Shown: positions 47,234-61,295, counted from the first letter of the stretch. The stretch: 64,000 nt of DNA from Curvularia clavata (GCA_023920165.1 CP089278.1:496001-560000), one strand, 5' to 3'. Numbers and translations are program-made. The notes: generated by a model not told the origin, from the letters alone.

Positions 47234-50200
47234 ATGATGAGATGAAGATTTTCTTTGCGCTTTACGAAAAACGATCTTATGATTGATACGACTATTACGC
47301 CAGCCGTCTCCGACCACGAGCCCAGCGCCCGCCGCTGCGAGCTTGAATGCTCTATTTCCACCACTGCGAGTCACGCGGATGCTGCAAAAGCTCCGCGTCG
47401 CTACGCACTCCCGCCGAACACAGATTTGTCATGGTTTTTGCACGCCTTTGCTTTTGCGTTGCTCATACATGCTGGTTGGACGGTGAAGGAAGAATGGAAC
47501 CGAACCATCGAGGGAGGATGCCTCCACCTTTTCGGTGTTGAGGGTAATGGGGTAATGGGTGTGGGGTTGATGGGCCCCCGGGTGATGCGGTAGAAACGCC
47601 TGGATGACGTTGACCGATGGGGACAGACTAGGGGATCTGGACAGATAGCTAATAATGGAACACACTTGCAAAAACATCAACATCATCATGCCATTACGAG
47701 GTGACTTTTGCCACGAACTACTAAGAATAACAGACACAGAGCAGCGAGCTTGCGAATTCGACAGATAGCAGAGTGGAGCTGGCCCGCACACCAAGCTGGC
47801 AGAATGTGCGTACTATCCGAGGGTGTACATGGACACGGACATAGCAGCTGCAAGAAGCATCCATCTTCTGAGACCCTTGGACACCCCCGAAAGCCTCGCA
47901 GTGGCCTCGTGCGCTATCATAACCATTGTAGCCATGATAGCTACCACACCTCGGGAGTTCCCTCTCCGCAGCCTGGTAATCCTTTGCTCGCGACCTCACA
48001 CATGGCCAATAAGGCAAAGGCTCCTAGCTGCCCACCCCTTGTCTTATCGCACCACCCCAAGCCTCCTATTCCATCATGTGTCCAGGAATATATTGATCGC
48101 CGGTGTTGAACAGGTTTGATCCAAGGACCCTGACGTTTCTCACTGCCGCAGCCACCGACACCCTCTTCATCCATCCACCAAAGGGTCTTTTTTTTTGTGC
48201 GCTAGCACTGATACCGCAGTCGAGATGATATTGTTTTTGACGGCGACCCAAAGGTAAGACATGCAGCGCGAGTGCGGCAAAGCTAGCTAGCCGCGTCTCC
48301 TTTGCTACTGCGCGCGCGCACGCGAGACCCCCTTTACCGCGCAAATCTGGAGTAGGTGTACACCTACCGTCTATCGGCTCTGAGGGGCGGTGGTTTGCTA
48401 TGGGTCTTCGCGGCGACCATTGCCCCAAGACAGACTACGACGACATCATCAGCAGCCTTCCATCTTCAGCCGGGGTCCTATATCTGCCGCTATGACGTCT
48501 TTGGGTCGCTGGAGAGCCCTTGTCATACGGAAGACGGAGTGGGAGCAAGGATAGGTTAAGAGCGCGGAAGGGATTGCTGATGGGCACGCGCGGGGGCGCT
48601 GAGGCAGGGCAGACGTCAGGGTCTGAGCTGGGACTGGGACCGAAAAAAAAAGTTGGCAGTTTACCCTTCCCCCGCGTGCCACCAACTCGCACTACCACAC
48701 GGCTGTCAGCTTGGGTGCTTCTCGGGACCAAGGACCTGTGGCTTGGGTAAGGCAGAATGGGTAGGCCGCGGAAATGCGGGGGCCCTGGATGACTAATGGG
48801 ATACAGACGTCGAGCGTGAGAGGGGAAAATGGGTGACGATGGTACAGTAGGCAATAGCAGTATGTGGGTGTTTGGTGTTGCGGGGTCAAGCACGGCAGAG
48901 ATACCAAGTGGCGTTCAAGACCGGGATTATTTTTCATTAATTCCTGTCCAAAGAAGCAATGAGAAGCCTCACTATTCTAAAAGGTTACGGGATAAAAAAT
49001 CATAGGGAGCCCCGTCCCGTGTGTCCCCTTCGGAGATCGACCCTTGAGTTTACGCGGCCGCCGTGAAAAACACCGAAGATTATTGGGCCTATTATAGCAT
49101 ACGTCAGAAGGGGAGGTGGTAATCGCTGCTGCACTGCAGCGTGTGTGTACTAGATGGCAGAGAAGTGTGAGACAAAGGAGAAAGCAGTCTGTCGTTCGCA
49201 ATCACCGACGACACGCAAGAGGTGCGTGCTCTCCAAGTCACCCCACCCTCAACATCTGGACTCGACTCGCCTGGTTATCGATATCGAGATGCGGGAATCC
49301 AGAACACGGGTATCCATAGAAATTGCGCATGGACAGCTGTCACTTTCGATCTGCGGCTTGACCATCTGCAGTGGCAGCTTTGCCCATCTGCAGCCCCATC
49401 TGGGATACTCCAGGGCGCCAAATCGCCTAGAAATGACAGCCAGATTGACAGCCGAGGGTCATGCCGGTTTCGTATGCAGCGTATGCAGTGCCCAACCTCC
49501 TTTTGCCATGCAGACCATCCACCATCGGCCATTGCGAAAGTTTGGTGGTCTGGTCTTGCCAGCACATGTGTTTCCCAGCGTCCCCAACAAAAAAAGGCAG
49601 CTCTGGGCCCAGACGATGTCGTGCGTGATGGGGAGACCAGTTTTTTGTGGAGTTTGACCGACCGTCCACTATACCCACTCACCCACCACCATCCATCCAC
49701 CCAACCCCCCCGATCCGCTGTGCCCATCACAAATAACGACAGGTTCCACAATGCGGCTAAACCACAGGGGCCATGCAAGAGCGTGCAGCGTGCATTGCAT
49801 AGTAAGCCTCACCGGTCAAGTCCTCTGGCTGGTGTACGTATCATGTACGCACTGTACCTGAGCATCAGCATCCCCAAGCAAGCCGCCTCCCCACAATACT
49901 CCGATGGTCTCGAATCTTATAACTCGACCGTCGGCCGTCTCCGGATTGCCGTATCAGAAGAGCATTGCGCAAGCTGCGTTTGCCAACTCATCTCGTATCT
50001 CCCCGCACTTACCAGGCCCTGACCCCTTTGGCTGCGTCGTGGTTTGTACAGTACACTATATTTGCTTGTTTCGTTTCAGACTCCTTGGTTCTGCCGACGT
50101 GTCCACCTTGCTACGCACATCCATTACATAGTCCACATACAGACGCCGGTCGGTGATGGTAATGGTGGTGGTGGTTGTCGTCGTCGTGATCGCCAAACCC

Positions 50201-52960
50201 CGAAAACCAGAGCGTACCGTACCCGCCCCTCCCAGAGCACAGAGAACCCAACCTCCGGTGCCCATTGCGCGCCGATCTCCCAACCACGTACCTAAACCTT
50301 TCAAGGGACCCTTTTTTCTCTTTACCCCACAAGATTCGGTCATTTTTACCATCGAGAAATTCGGGTACGACCCAGTATTTGTCTCGGGTAGCCTAATTAG
50401 TTCAACCGCATCGTAAAATTCTCCTGATGGTTTTTGCTGTTGGTATCCCTCAGGTGGGAAAAATGGGTCCGGTGCCAATGGGTTGAAGTGCCAGCATGTT
50501 CGTGTTGCCCAAGCTAGGCCAGGAACCCACGCCATGTTTAATTCCCCACTAAGCCTAGTTTTACGTGGTTACGTGCAGGTAGTGTCTGCCCAATGGGCGC
50601 ACATACACACAAAGGCTAATCCCTGGAACTTTGACTGCCCGACACACGACATCGAGAGATGGAGAGGGTGATGTGAGCAGGGCTGTGCTGGTCTCAGGTA
50701 CTGGCAGAAAAAGAGGGTTCGATTGGGCGCCACGGGTAGAGTGGAGTGATGGGGTGTTCGGTGGTCCGGTGTTTTGCTTTGTCTTGCTGGGTGTGTGGGG
50801 TTGTGCTGCGAGGCTGTGTGTGGAACAGTTTGGTGGGTGAGGCGCAGTAAGAAAACGACTCAGCCACGACGACATGGCTTCAGCCACTCGTTCGGTGGAG
50901 GCTTGGTCGATACAGCCCTGTTACTATGCGGCTGAACTATTCGATACATCTTTACGAACCCCTTGGTAAATGGATTGGTCACGCGCCCATCCTCTTCCTT
51001 CTTCTCCCCTGTACTAGAAGGGCGCAGGACAGCCTACCCCAGGAACTACCGGCTCCGCACCGAGCGCTTCTCCTAACTTGCGAGGGCGCCAGCCCTATAT
51101 CCGGCCCCCAAACACCATCCGCTGCTTGGCTCCCGTCATCCCTAAAATAGCCCCCATTCTCGATGCGCGACAAACGTACTGCGCCGCCTCCGTTTTTTGT
51201 TTGAGTAGCCCTCTAAGGATGGAATCCTGGTGTGACCAGTCAAAAGAGGTTTTTCTGCCAGACGCCAAGTATCGTAACGGCTGGTGTGGACGAGGTCTCA
51301 GGTACGCATCATGTCACGAGGAGAGGGTGAGACTGGAGAGAAGCAGGATCGGTAGGTTCGGGGGCTGAGGGCGTTGGAGAGTGAGACGGGAGTGGGGAAG
51401 CGCAATATTGGTGGTGTTGCCAGTCTATAGAGAGAGATTGACGAGTCACAGGGTGAGGGCGTGTTTTTGCTTACGCATGGGTGCCTGATGCGTAGATGCC
51501 AGGTTTTGGTGATTGCTCTTGCTTCTGCGTTTCTGTTGTCTCTTTAGTTACTGAGAAATATGATGGATTTGAATTGTCTACTTCGTACTTGGCCACACGA
51601 AGAGTTCACTCCCACCTCCCGTCTTACAATCTAGTCCGTGTAATGTTTGGTATATTTGGCAGATATTTCTGAGAAGCTGTAACAAGATTGTGGTGTTAGA
51701 ATAGACTAGCAGAGAGTTGTTCTCTCCCGATGGTTGATCGAGAGTGACCCAGTGGTCGTCCATCTCATCGTAAGGATTCTATATCAAGGGCATCTTCAGC
51801 TTCTTTCATCATCTCGTCTATAGATTCATAGTAGGCTAACACGCTTCTAATTTCAGCAGAAGTAACTCGACAAGGTAATCTTGTCATACACAAGCCCGTA
51901 CTTGTTGTTGTGGCGACTTATGCAATCACTCCAGCTAGGATTATGTCGAGAGCGCTAAATGTAACCCTGTGGATGAATCTCATGACGAGCAAGGTACGGC
52001 GACTGAAGACTGATAGGGCTAGAACGATCAAAAGAACCACAGAATGGAGAATCCAATCTTTTTGCGTTAGCGTCGAGTTGGTTTGCACGTATTGCTGCAC
52101 CAGCAGGTCCTTCCGGTGTGCGCGAAATAGACTAGGTAACTGACCTAGAAGCGACGCAATATTCATATTCATATTCATTCAATTCGCTAGCTTCAACTCG
52201 AGAGCTTGTTGCGGTATAGATTTGATCTCCTCGCGACATCGATTTTGTGAATTGAAGGTTTCCAGGGTAATAGGTAGCAGAGCGATGGCAAATAGGGATC
52301 TATGCCATCCCTGCTATGAGGTTTCCGTCAATGGCGTAGTCTATCGGTAGATGATATCAGAGTGCTCTTAAATCTCATCACCTTGTTTAAAAGCAAATGA
52401 GATCTTTTCAAGCATCATGCTGGCTCTCATGATAACTGTAGCTGTTTGGCGTGCTACTAGTGAACACTCGCGTCTGATAGCGAGGAGAATCGCGCCTGAA
52501 AACGCCAACTTAGATATAGGAAGGCCCCGTTGCAGCCAACAACGCTAATGCTGCACCCGATGGCGTTAAGTTGCGTTCGACGGCCTGAGTCGCGTCTGTT
52601 AGTCACCTCTGATGTTGCAAACTCACGAAATTTATCATTACTTTGCTGTCTCACTTTTGTAGTAGATGGGGATATCCCTATCTATAATGCTCAGCTGCAT
52701 AATTTAATTCGGAATGGAATACATAATGCAATAAAGAGATCATAGGATTGCGGTGATTTAGCTTTCAATAAATACCGAGACCAGTCAGCTACCAAGTGCC
52801 AAGTTCAAGACCTTGAAATGGATCGGCTACTGTGGATAATCGCAAAGAATTTCGATAATCAATACGCAAACTCGTCTATTTGATCTATGCCGTTGCGTAC
52901 TTCTCAGCAAAGTACCTTTCAAACTATAGGACCTAGGCGAAACGCTCATTCGATACCTGT

Positions 52961-53670
52961 TCACACAGCAGATTCGCCCTCAGCCGCTGATATTTCTCCT
53001 GTGCTATTGTTTGGCCTGCCTTCTCCATCCAGCAGAGGTGCGTAGCCGTGCAATGGCTTCGTATCCAGCCTAAACTTTCCAATCCAAAATGAGTGGTCTT
53101 GACACTGTGGACACGAGGTCGGGTAGTATGCCCCTGGGTGAAGGGCTTCGAGAATTTGCTTGGAGACGAAGTAAAGATGTATCAAACTGCAATTGATTAG
53201 CGTTTTCCGGAACGAGCTGCAAACCAATGCTAAAGACGTACAAGTTACAGATGAGAAAATTGGTCCCATATGTGCCGAGCATAATCAAGTCATCGTACCC
53301 TTGAGACATGAATATCCAGTCTCTGTGTTCCGCAATCAGCTGAGCTCTAACTAGGCGGTATCATTACTTACAAGATTAGGCATACGAGCAAACCAACACC
53401 AAGCAGCAGATCGAAGACGAGATGAATTGCGGTCCCTGTTAATCCGCTGGCCTGGCATCCGCACTTTTTCTCGTTCGATAGTAGTAGAGCGGAGTATACC
53501 GCTGATGCGAACAGCGGGATGATTCCAATAGCGGGATTGACTCTTTCAGAAAAGATGCCCTGGAGAAGCAGAATGAGAAAGCCTGGTGGGAATGTAGCGA
53601 GTGAAATCGCACGAAGAGCGTGATTAGACGACCGTGTGAAGATGGTGAGGTTCAGTATAGGTCCCGCCAT
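52961..53670 (-). CDS. Hypothetical integral membrane protein (about 4 TM). Exons 53670-53372, 53322-53242, 53186-52961.
   Basis: Introns 53323-53371 (GTAAGT...CAG) and 53187-53241 (GTACGT...CTAAT...CAG) join three ORF fragments in frame (...VCLIL|DWIFMSQGYDDLIMLGTYGTNFLICNF|LIHLYF...CPQC...). Confidence 0.8.
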
Positions 53671-54753
53671 GTCTGCATTGATCTATGATTCGGGCAAAGC
53701 AAGCAGGTCTGGGTTTTCGAGGATATCAATTGAAGGAGAGGATTATAGGCGTTTACGATACAGATAAAAGTACTACTTCGCATGGCCTGAAAAAGAGACG
53801 CCTTTATGTTTAACCAGACAACTGGTGCAATGGGATGCCCTATACATAGGCAACCGATCGACGGGGGGCCTTGATGGCAGTGCTGACCAAAGAAGAGGCT
53901 CCCGACGCAGATCTGCGCAGTGACAAGGCACACTCATTGTTCATATTGCTACGTGGTCCTTCTGAAATCACATTTTCCATGTAGTGGAGTGACCGCAACA
54001 GGCGCACGTTGTCCGGGACGTGCCGCATCCGCTTGCGTATGCCGTTTGGTGTTCGTTACGCTTTCCAACCCCACCAGCCAAACAGCGCCAATCCTGGTTT
54101 TGAAATAGAAATAACACAAGACAGCCTAGTTTTATCCATAAGCTCAAGGCTACATATTCTTCGAGATGTTTGATAAGCCTTATCCCTAAAGAAGTCACAA
54201 AAGTGGATATTGACGCGTTCCATAATGTTTCGCTCCACATCATCCGCGTGTACCTCGATGACATTTGACCAGATCATCTTCCCAGCCGATGCTTCAAGAG
54301 CTAAGTCTATCGCACATTCTGCCGTCTCTCTCCTTTCTGACGTAGCCGGTGAGCCATTGAATCGTATACACTCACGCGTAACGCGGAGAAAGCTGCAATG
54401 ATTGCGCACATGGCTGTATCACCGATCTTATCGCAGGGCTCTTGGTCATGCTGACTTAGGGAGAGCGATTGTCGTGTCGAAATACTAGGGTTTCGCCCGT
54501 CGTTGGGGTGTAATAGGTACATCTCACGTAGTGTCCGGATTTAAGGGATGGAAGTTGAATGGTCTCTTGCTCACATTGCACGCAGTGGGCTTCGAATCAC
54601 TTTCGAGTGGACTGTTGCAATACTGAGGAAGTAACCCGGAAGTACGATGGTAAACCAGTGATCCAGAAAACACGAGCGAGGGACTCTGAATAAGTCTCCG
54701 GTCTCCTTCCCACACATAGATACTCCAGCTCGTAGGAAATCTCGGATTTTTCT

Positions 54754-55539
54754 TCAGTCATGGCCGCCGGGCTTCTTCAGCGCTCCACCGAGGATAGCTG
54801 GGTCCAACATTTTGGCCTCTGGCACGTCAATGCCACATCGCACCCACATGCTTTTCCAGAGCGCACCCACGGGCCGCTCCTCTGGCATGAAAACGACAGT
54901 GTTGATATACGTCCGGGTAGTATTGTAGCAATCGCCTTCATTGAATAGTTGTGCCTCGCAGTTGTCGCCCTTGTTTGAGACGAATATACCGCATCGCGCT
55001 TCGCTAGGGAGATTGATGCAAGTACCATTCCTCCATTGCTTGACAGGTGGCGGAAAAAATGTCTTTTGCAACAGCTCTCCACGACAGTGTTTAGGTCCAC
55101 CGGCGCCTGAGTACGTGAGAGCTACAATTGGTAACTGCGGAGTCGGTGGCGGCCTTGGTGCGGGAACTGATGTTGGCCTAGACGTGATTTTTGGCCCCAA
55201 GACACCTTCGTCGCCCCAGCTCGCGCTCGTCCTTGGTTCGGGAGTAAATCCAATCAAGCCCTCTTGCATTCCTGTCTTGGTGGGTAGGCGCGTCACTCCA
55301 GATATAATGCTGCTGCCATTGTACACGTCCCCGCGATCGAAATCGGTGCCATTTAGCAGTGCTTTTGCTGCAACCACATCTCCATCGTCTCCGATTCGGG
55401 CTGCCTGTGCGAGATCGATTTGAATAACTTGAGGTATTGTACCGCGAACCTGGATAACTGTTGCTAGCGATATTGCGATCAGCAGCAGGAGTAAGCCGGA
55501 TGAAGCGACGAGTACTATGGGCCGAGATGTTGAGAACAT
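54754..55539 (-). CDS. Hypothetical protein with an N-terminal signal/anchor helix, a Pro-rich linker and a C-terminal Cys-rich domain
   Basis: 261-aa ORF with hydrophobic IVLVASSGLLLLLIAISLA and 6 Cys in the C-terminal domain. Confidence 0.8.
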   Translation of the reverse strand: MFSTSRPIVLVASSGLLLLLIAISLATVIQVRGTIPQVIQIDLAQAARIGDDGDVVAAKALLNGTDFDRGDVYNGSSIISGVTRLPTKTGMQEGLIGFTPEPRTSASWGDEGVLGPKITSRPTSVPAPRPPPTPQLPIVALTYSGAGGPKHCRGELLQKTFFPPPVKQWRNGTCINLPSEARCGIFVSNKGDNCEAQLFNEGDCYNTTRTYINTVVFMPEERPVGALWKSMWVRCGIDVPEAKMLDPAILGGALKKPGGHD

Positions 55540-56098
55540 TGTTGAATCGATAGGGAACTTCGAATTGAGGATTCAGGAAGTTTTGCGATGTTGTCGAGAT
55601 GCGACATGGTTGCCAAGAATTCATAGGGGGATTGTTGCTGAACGTGTTTCATCCCCATGCCCACCTCAAACACTTCCTAACCAGACCTTCCCGATACACC
55701 TAAAAGTGGCTTAAGCTAGCGAGGCTTAGCTTCCGACCGCACGTACATATACGTAAGAAATATCGCCAAGGTCTAGCCCATATCAGGCGTACACACCGAA
55801 CCATCATACACGGTAATGCAACCAGTCTACAACAACAGGCAATATCAACAATGGAAATTACATATTCGTTCAATATCAAGCTTGATATGAAACCACAGAC
55901 TCAGTCTGCTCGTCACAGGCTAAAGGTTTGGGAACGCGTACCAAGAACCCAAGTTATCGAGCGAAAGATGTTTTGTGAAAAGTTGATCGTGAGATAATGA
56001 AATGAGAGAGAAGTAATGAAAATGGCATACACATGACACATGAACCTTGGATATGTTCCCGTTCGGAACGACCGATGGATCCCACCAATTCTATCTCT

Positions 56099-57212
56099 TT
56101 ATTCAGAATCATCCGCTGCCTTCTCCTTCGCCTTGTCCTGCGGCACCCTGACCACAATCTTTCCCTTTGCCCTCCCTGTCTTCAGCTTCTCAAATGCCTT
56201 GGGTGCATCTTCCCATTCAAAGACTGTATCCACGACGCCCTTCAGCTTGCCTTCCTTGAACCATTCGCCCATCTGCCCCAGCGCCTCTGCTGATGGCTTA
56301 GTCATTAGCAACTGAAAAGAGTTCTTGCCGCCACCCAGAAAACTCGGCAAAAGCATATTCCCCGTCACAGTCTTCATACCGCTCATGACATTCTGAACTC
56401 CAACTTGCACGAATTTTCCCTTGGGCGTGAGGAAAGCGGATGACGCCTTGTACAGATTGGCTGGTGAACCAACATTGTCTACTACGAGACTGAAGACCTG
56501 GCCTTTTGCAGAGAGGGCTTCAATGATATCGGTCGTCTTGTAGTCCACGACTTCGTCTGCACCTAGGCTCTTGCAGAATTCAATGTTGGGGGTTGAGCAA
56601 CTGGTGGTCACATGGCAACCCAGCGCTTTAGCGATTTGGATACCATAGACTCCAGTTCCGCCTGAGCCGCCGTTGATGAAGACTTTGTCGCCGCTCTTGA
56701 CATTTGGCGCGAGGGCTTGGTATCTGGATGGATCAGTATCTTGTGAACTTCGCATTGCTTTGTACTCTCGAAATAAGCCAAACCCCGCAAACTTACTCTG
56801 TCAAGCCGACGACACCGACACCTGCTGCGTCTTCTACTTTTACGCCCTCTGGTAGCCGGGCGAGCATGGTTCTCTCTATCGCTACGTATTGGGCCAGGGT
56901 TCCGCCGGTCAGCGCACCGACTTTTGCGCCAAACACGAATTCTCCGATTTGGAACTCGTCAACTTTTCTGCCTACTTTTGCGACTTTGCCGCAGAAGTCG
57001 GCGCCTGGGGTAATGTTGGATCCCACGAGTCGAAGTGGCATAGGGCCTTCAGTGACTTTGTAATCGACGGGGTTCAATGCCATGGCGTGGACCTGGACGA
57101 GGATCTGGTCCTCGTGTATGAAAGGCAGTGGCGCTGCATCATTGATCTGTAGGTTCTTCTCGATACCGCCGTTGGTGCTGTTGTACTGCCAGGCTTTCAT
57201 TGTAGACGCCAT
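56099..57212 (-). CDS. NADPH-dependent medium-chain (MDR) oxidoreductase, RTN4IP1/YIM1/enoyl-reductase-like. Exons 57212-56797 and 56723-56099.
   Basis: Motifs ALNPVDYK, PGADFCG, INGGSGGTG, LGADEVVDY and GRAKGKIVV. Intron 56724-56796 is GTAAGT...CAG. Confidence 0.92.
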
Positions 57213-57718
57213 GTTTGCGGGAGGAAATAGAAGAATGGGATCGGGACGGGTCAAGTGCAAATTGCAAAAGACGGTGCTGGTTATCTTGTGGCGCGCAATG
57301 CGTCATGGCAACTCAGCTGAGCGGGGTTTGCGGCGGCGCCATCTTGCTGATATTACGCCGCTGGAAGTACGCCTCTTCAGCAGTACCGCGCATTCCGACT
57401 CATGAAGCCATCACCATCAACCTACGATTGGTTCATCCAAGGGAAAGCCATCTCATGGACTGCGAAATGGGTCGGTGCTTTGGCTCGACCGCTGACTTGG
57501 CCTATTTGCGCGTAGCGGTGCCGCCTGTACTCAGTACGCTTGGCCCATTTCACACAGCGACTTCAAAGAAATGCAAAATTGGGATCAGGACGGACTCTCC
57601 ACGAGCAGGATGTTTTATAGTCATTATTCGTTGCAAAATTAAGGTGCTGACGGCTGCAGCGCAGGTTGAGCGCCACAACCGCAATCATCCAACCAACCTT
57701 TCCCTGATAAGACTACTC

Positions 57719-60012
57719 TCAGGAATACTTGATAAACATCTGCTCAATGCCAGTAATATTCCACAGGCCAGTGGCGGTGTTCAGGGTCAGGTTCGTTGGG
57801 GCCGTGGGTCCACGCTGTAGCGCGCCGCTCTCAACGCGTCCGCCCACTGCAACAACCGAGTCATTAGTCCTCGCAAGGTGGTTAGCGCCAGCCTTGACAG
57901 TAAAGTTGGCGAGACTAATATCAAATGGGTTGCGAGATGCAACTGACGGAGAGCCTGTCATAGATTTAGCCAGAGTAATGATTAAGATACTGGGATACAA
58001 CAAAACAACTTACCGTAGTACTGCGCATTAAGCTCTTCAGGTGAGATGAAAAGCTCGTAGTATCCTCTGTAGTATCCCTCGGTCCACTGAAGCTCCCTGT
58101 TGTCACGAACAAGAGCTGCAGAGCGGTCGCTCGAGTTTGCAATGGATCGACCTGCACCATAACCACTGGAGGAGACAGCAGTGCCAGCAAATTCAACTCC
58201 GATCGCACCCTCACCGGTGGCCTGGTCATATGGGGTTTCATCGAGCCAAACAAGATCAGAAACCCAATTGGCATGTGAATCGCCAGCCAAGAATGCAGTG
58301 TTTGGAATTTTGTTGCTGTAGAGGTGGTGAAGAGTACGGTTACGGTTTGCGGTGTAGCCCTTGTTCCATGTTAGCAGGGTTTTCGATCATCACAATACCT
58401 AGGATACTTACGTCCCACTGGTCAGCGTTGAGCCAGTCGCTGTAAACAGCGCTGTTGTTCATGCGGGAGAAGATGATTTGGTTACCGACGATTCTCCACG
58501 TAGCGCCTCGTTCATGCGATTCAGAGAGCTGGTTGTAGAACCAGTTTTCCTGGCGACTTCCCATGAGCGAGCGACTGGCATCGTCCCGAATTTCCGCAAT
58601 GTAGTCGTCGTTCTCGTCCAGAGTGGTAATGGATCGATCGTAGTTGCGGGTATCGAGGATGATGAGGTCGAAGAGCTTGCCCATCTTGAAGTTACGCCAA
58701 ATACGAAGATTGTCGTCCAAATCGACCTGGCGGATTCTAGGCGTTCTATTAGTATAGTGATAAGTCGACGGAAAACAAGACTTACGGCATCCATTCAAAG
58801 TACGCGCGGACGGCGTTCATCTTCCGTGCATCTACGCTGACACCTCCGTATTTGAGGAAGCTTTCTTCGGTGTTGTTCATGTTACTGTTCCTGTTAATAA
58901 ATATGTCGATCGAAAGAGAAGTCACTCACCTGAATCCATCGCGGTATCCGTTGTTTGCAATCTCTTCAAACCGGTCAGTTGAGTAAAGGTTTTTGAAATA
59001 AAGTGACATACCATGGTCATCCCACGTAGGGATCCACGCAAAATTCTGGTGAGCAAGCTTCAAGTCATCGTCTGTACGGTACTGGCCGATCCTAGTGCGG
59101 TAGTCTGCTGGACGCATTAGATGCGATCAGCCATTGCAATACATAGATACTGACCATAGAGTGTGACAATCTCGCGCGGCGGGTCGGTTGCCCTGGGATC
59201 TTTACCAAGCTTGCCCTTGGTAGATTCGTAGATGTAATCACCGAGATGGACCTTGGTTTTATGTTAGTAGAGCCTAGGGAAACAAGTTGTGCCAGGCCTA
59301 CAAAGAAGTCTACTTGATCTTTCCTAGCTGCATTTCCATAAGCATTGAAGTATCCGTTCTGCCAATTGGAGCAGGAGAACACCGCCAGGCCAACTTTCGA
59401 AACCTCATCGTCATGATCGGGGCTGGTTTTGGTCCTACCCAAGGGACTCTTATTGGAGCTGCCGCAGACGCTGAACTGGTAGTAGTATTGGGTAAAAGGC
59501 TCCAAGTTCTTGGCTTCAACCTTTATGTATTTAGTAAGAGTGTGACAATTTTCGAGAATGCAATATACCTTAACAGTGTAGTCAATATCCGATGTGGTGT
59601 AGGCTTGCCCCTGGTCGACAATCGTTGTGAAGTTGCGGTCTGTACCGACACGGTAGTCGACGCAAACAGGGTTTGATGAAGCTTGGATATACTTTTCCGT
59701 CTCGTGGCTGTACAACCCCACGTAACCACTCACAGTGACATTCGACTTGTCATGTTCGAGTGAAGGCGCAATACGAGTCCAGAGGATGACCGAGTCAGGA
59801 TACGGATCTCCAGAGGCAACGCCGTGAGTGAAGTTTAGCTGAGCAGGATCCCATGGTGCAGAGCGCTTGGAGAGGGTTCTCTTTGCAACCTTGGGAACAT
59901 CAATTCCAAGATCAATATGTCGACGAGAAGGCGAATGGTAGTTCAGATTGCCATCGAAGGACGCAGATACAAGCGAGGCCAGCGGAGCCGCTGCAAGTAG
60001 GACTGAAAGCAT
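57719..60012 (-). CDS. phoD: Secreted PhoD-family alkaline phosphatase/phosphodiesterase, 9 exons
   Basis: Signal peptide and motifs FTHGVASGDP, FSCSN, VHLGDYIYE, WDDHE, LDTR, DQWDGY and LAGDSH. Introns at 59521-59568, 59252-59301, 59105-59154, 58964-59011, 58885-58929, 58737-58785, 58360-58411 and 57955-58013 keep one frame. Confidence 0.92.
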
Positions 60013-60475
60013 CTTGGGAGCTCAAGTAGCTTCAGTTACTCTAAGAAATTTCGGAGTACCAGGTTGTTTATAAGCCGTTGGTTTTTCTTTGACGTCTGTG
60101 ATCTTCGCGTGTTTGTATGCACGCTTAGGCCTCGCATACATGTACGACCATCCACCACACTCCACAAGTTCACATCGCGCATTCAATACGGCGCTGACGA
60201 CAGATTCTGTCCAATCAAAGCTGATGTATTTCGGCGTGAAAAACGGTGCCTGTTGATCCAATTGCACATGTTAGGACGTCGGACTGAGATTGGTCGAGCG
60301 CATTCTCCCCATGTTGTGTAATCTAGTGTGTTGTAGGCACAAACAGCACGCCCTTAGACTCTAGGATCTCGCTGCAGGCGGCTCAAAGTGGCATACCGGA
60401 TTCCGAGTCCCAAGCTGATAGGCACCATTGTTGGATGGCGGGTGGGGGTGATGCATGTACTCTTTTCTCCACAGG

Positions 60476-60481
60476 CACGTG
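60476..60481. promoter_or_regulatory. CACGTG E-box, candidate Pho4/NUC-1-type phosphate-starvation site
   Basis: GCACGTG lies about 465 bp upstream of the phoD start codon (minus strand). Confidence 0.35.
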
Positions 60482-61295
60482 TATGTTGAACCTGTCCTGA
60501 TTGGCGCTGATCTTACCCGGAAGCCGTCTTCATCCATTACTATGCGTTGAGCAAGCACATAGCCGCTGATGATATCCCAGGCCGCTTTGAATGTACCGTG
60601 CCTTCGGCCGCTCGTAGGATTCCGTATGTCGTCATCTAGGTAATGACAAGTGCCCTCGTTGGACACCATGCAGCTCTCCAAAAGCAAGCATGAGTACGTA
60701 GCAGCCCTTGAATGATGTGGTTACACAGCACGACAGTCATGACCCTTATGGCTCAATTGAATCTTACTTGAGCTTTACACCCAAGGGTTTCCTTTGCTTG
60801 ACTTCTCATAAGCCAATACTTCGTCACATCAACTAGTTTGCTCTGCTCAGCGCCTGGATCGGATGCGTCATATTAGTCTAGCTGTCTAGTAGCCTCGGGG
60901 GAGTTGTTTTCAAGGCCTAGAAACAAACCACATTTATATATAAATCGGTTCTGCAAGGAGCAGAAACCAGTTGTTTGATTGTGCTTTCAAAGCGATGCTT
61001 AGATCTCCATATACTTTTCTTGAAATCTCATCGTTGGCAAATCAATGGAAGGCCCACGGGCTTTCAAATAGAGTGACTCTTAATATTGTTCAAGATGGGC
61101 AGCAGCTCGCTATAGACTAGAATCTGTATAGCGAGTTTAGTGGTGATGTGATGCGCATGTTCGGGTGAAGTACGTGTGTGCAAGCAAGGGTCCGAGCTTG
61201 CAGGTACCCAAGGGCTGATCCCCCGCCGCGTACCTAGGAATCACAGAACAAACCTCACCGCCAGCATTGGCTTCTAGTACAGCCATTCTCCCACC

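Noticed and set aside
47600..51500. ORFs up to 266 aa (49222-50022) and a short (GGT)n/(CGT)n run near 50155-50190
   Set aside because: No codon bias or motifs; consistent with GC-rich regulatory or intergenic DNA and an ordinary microsatellite.
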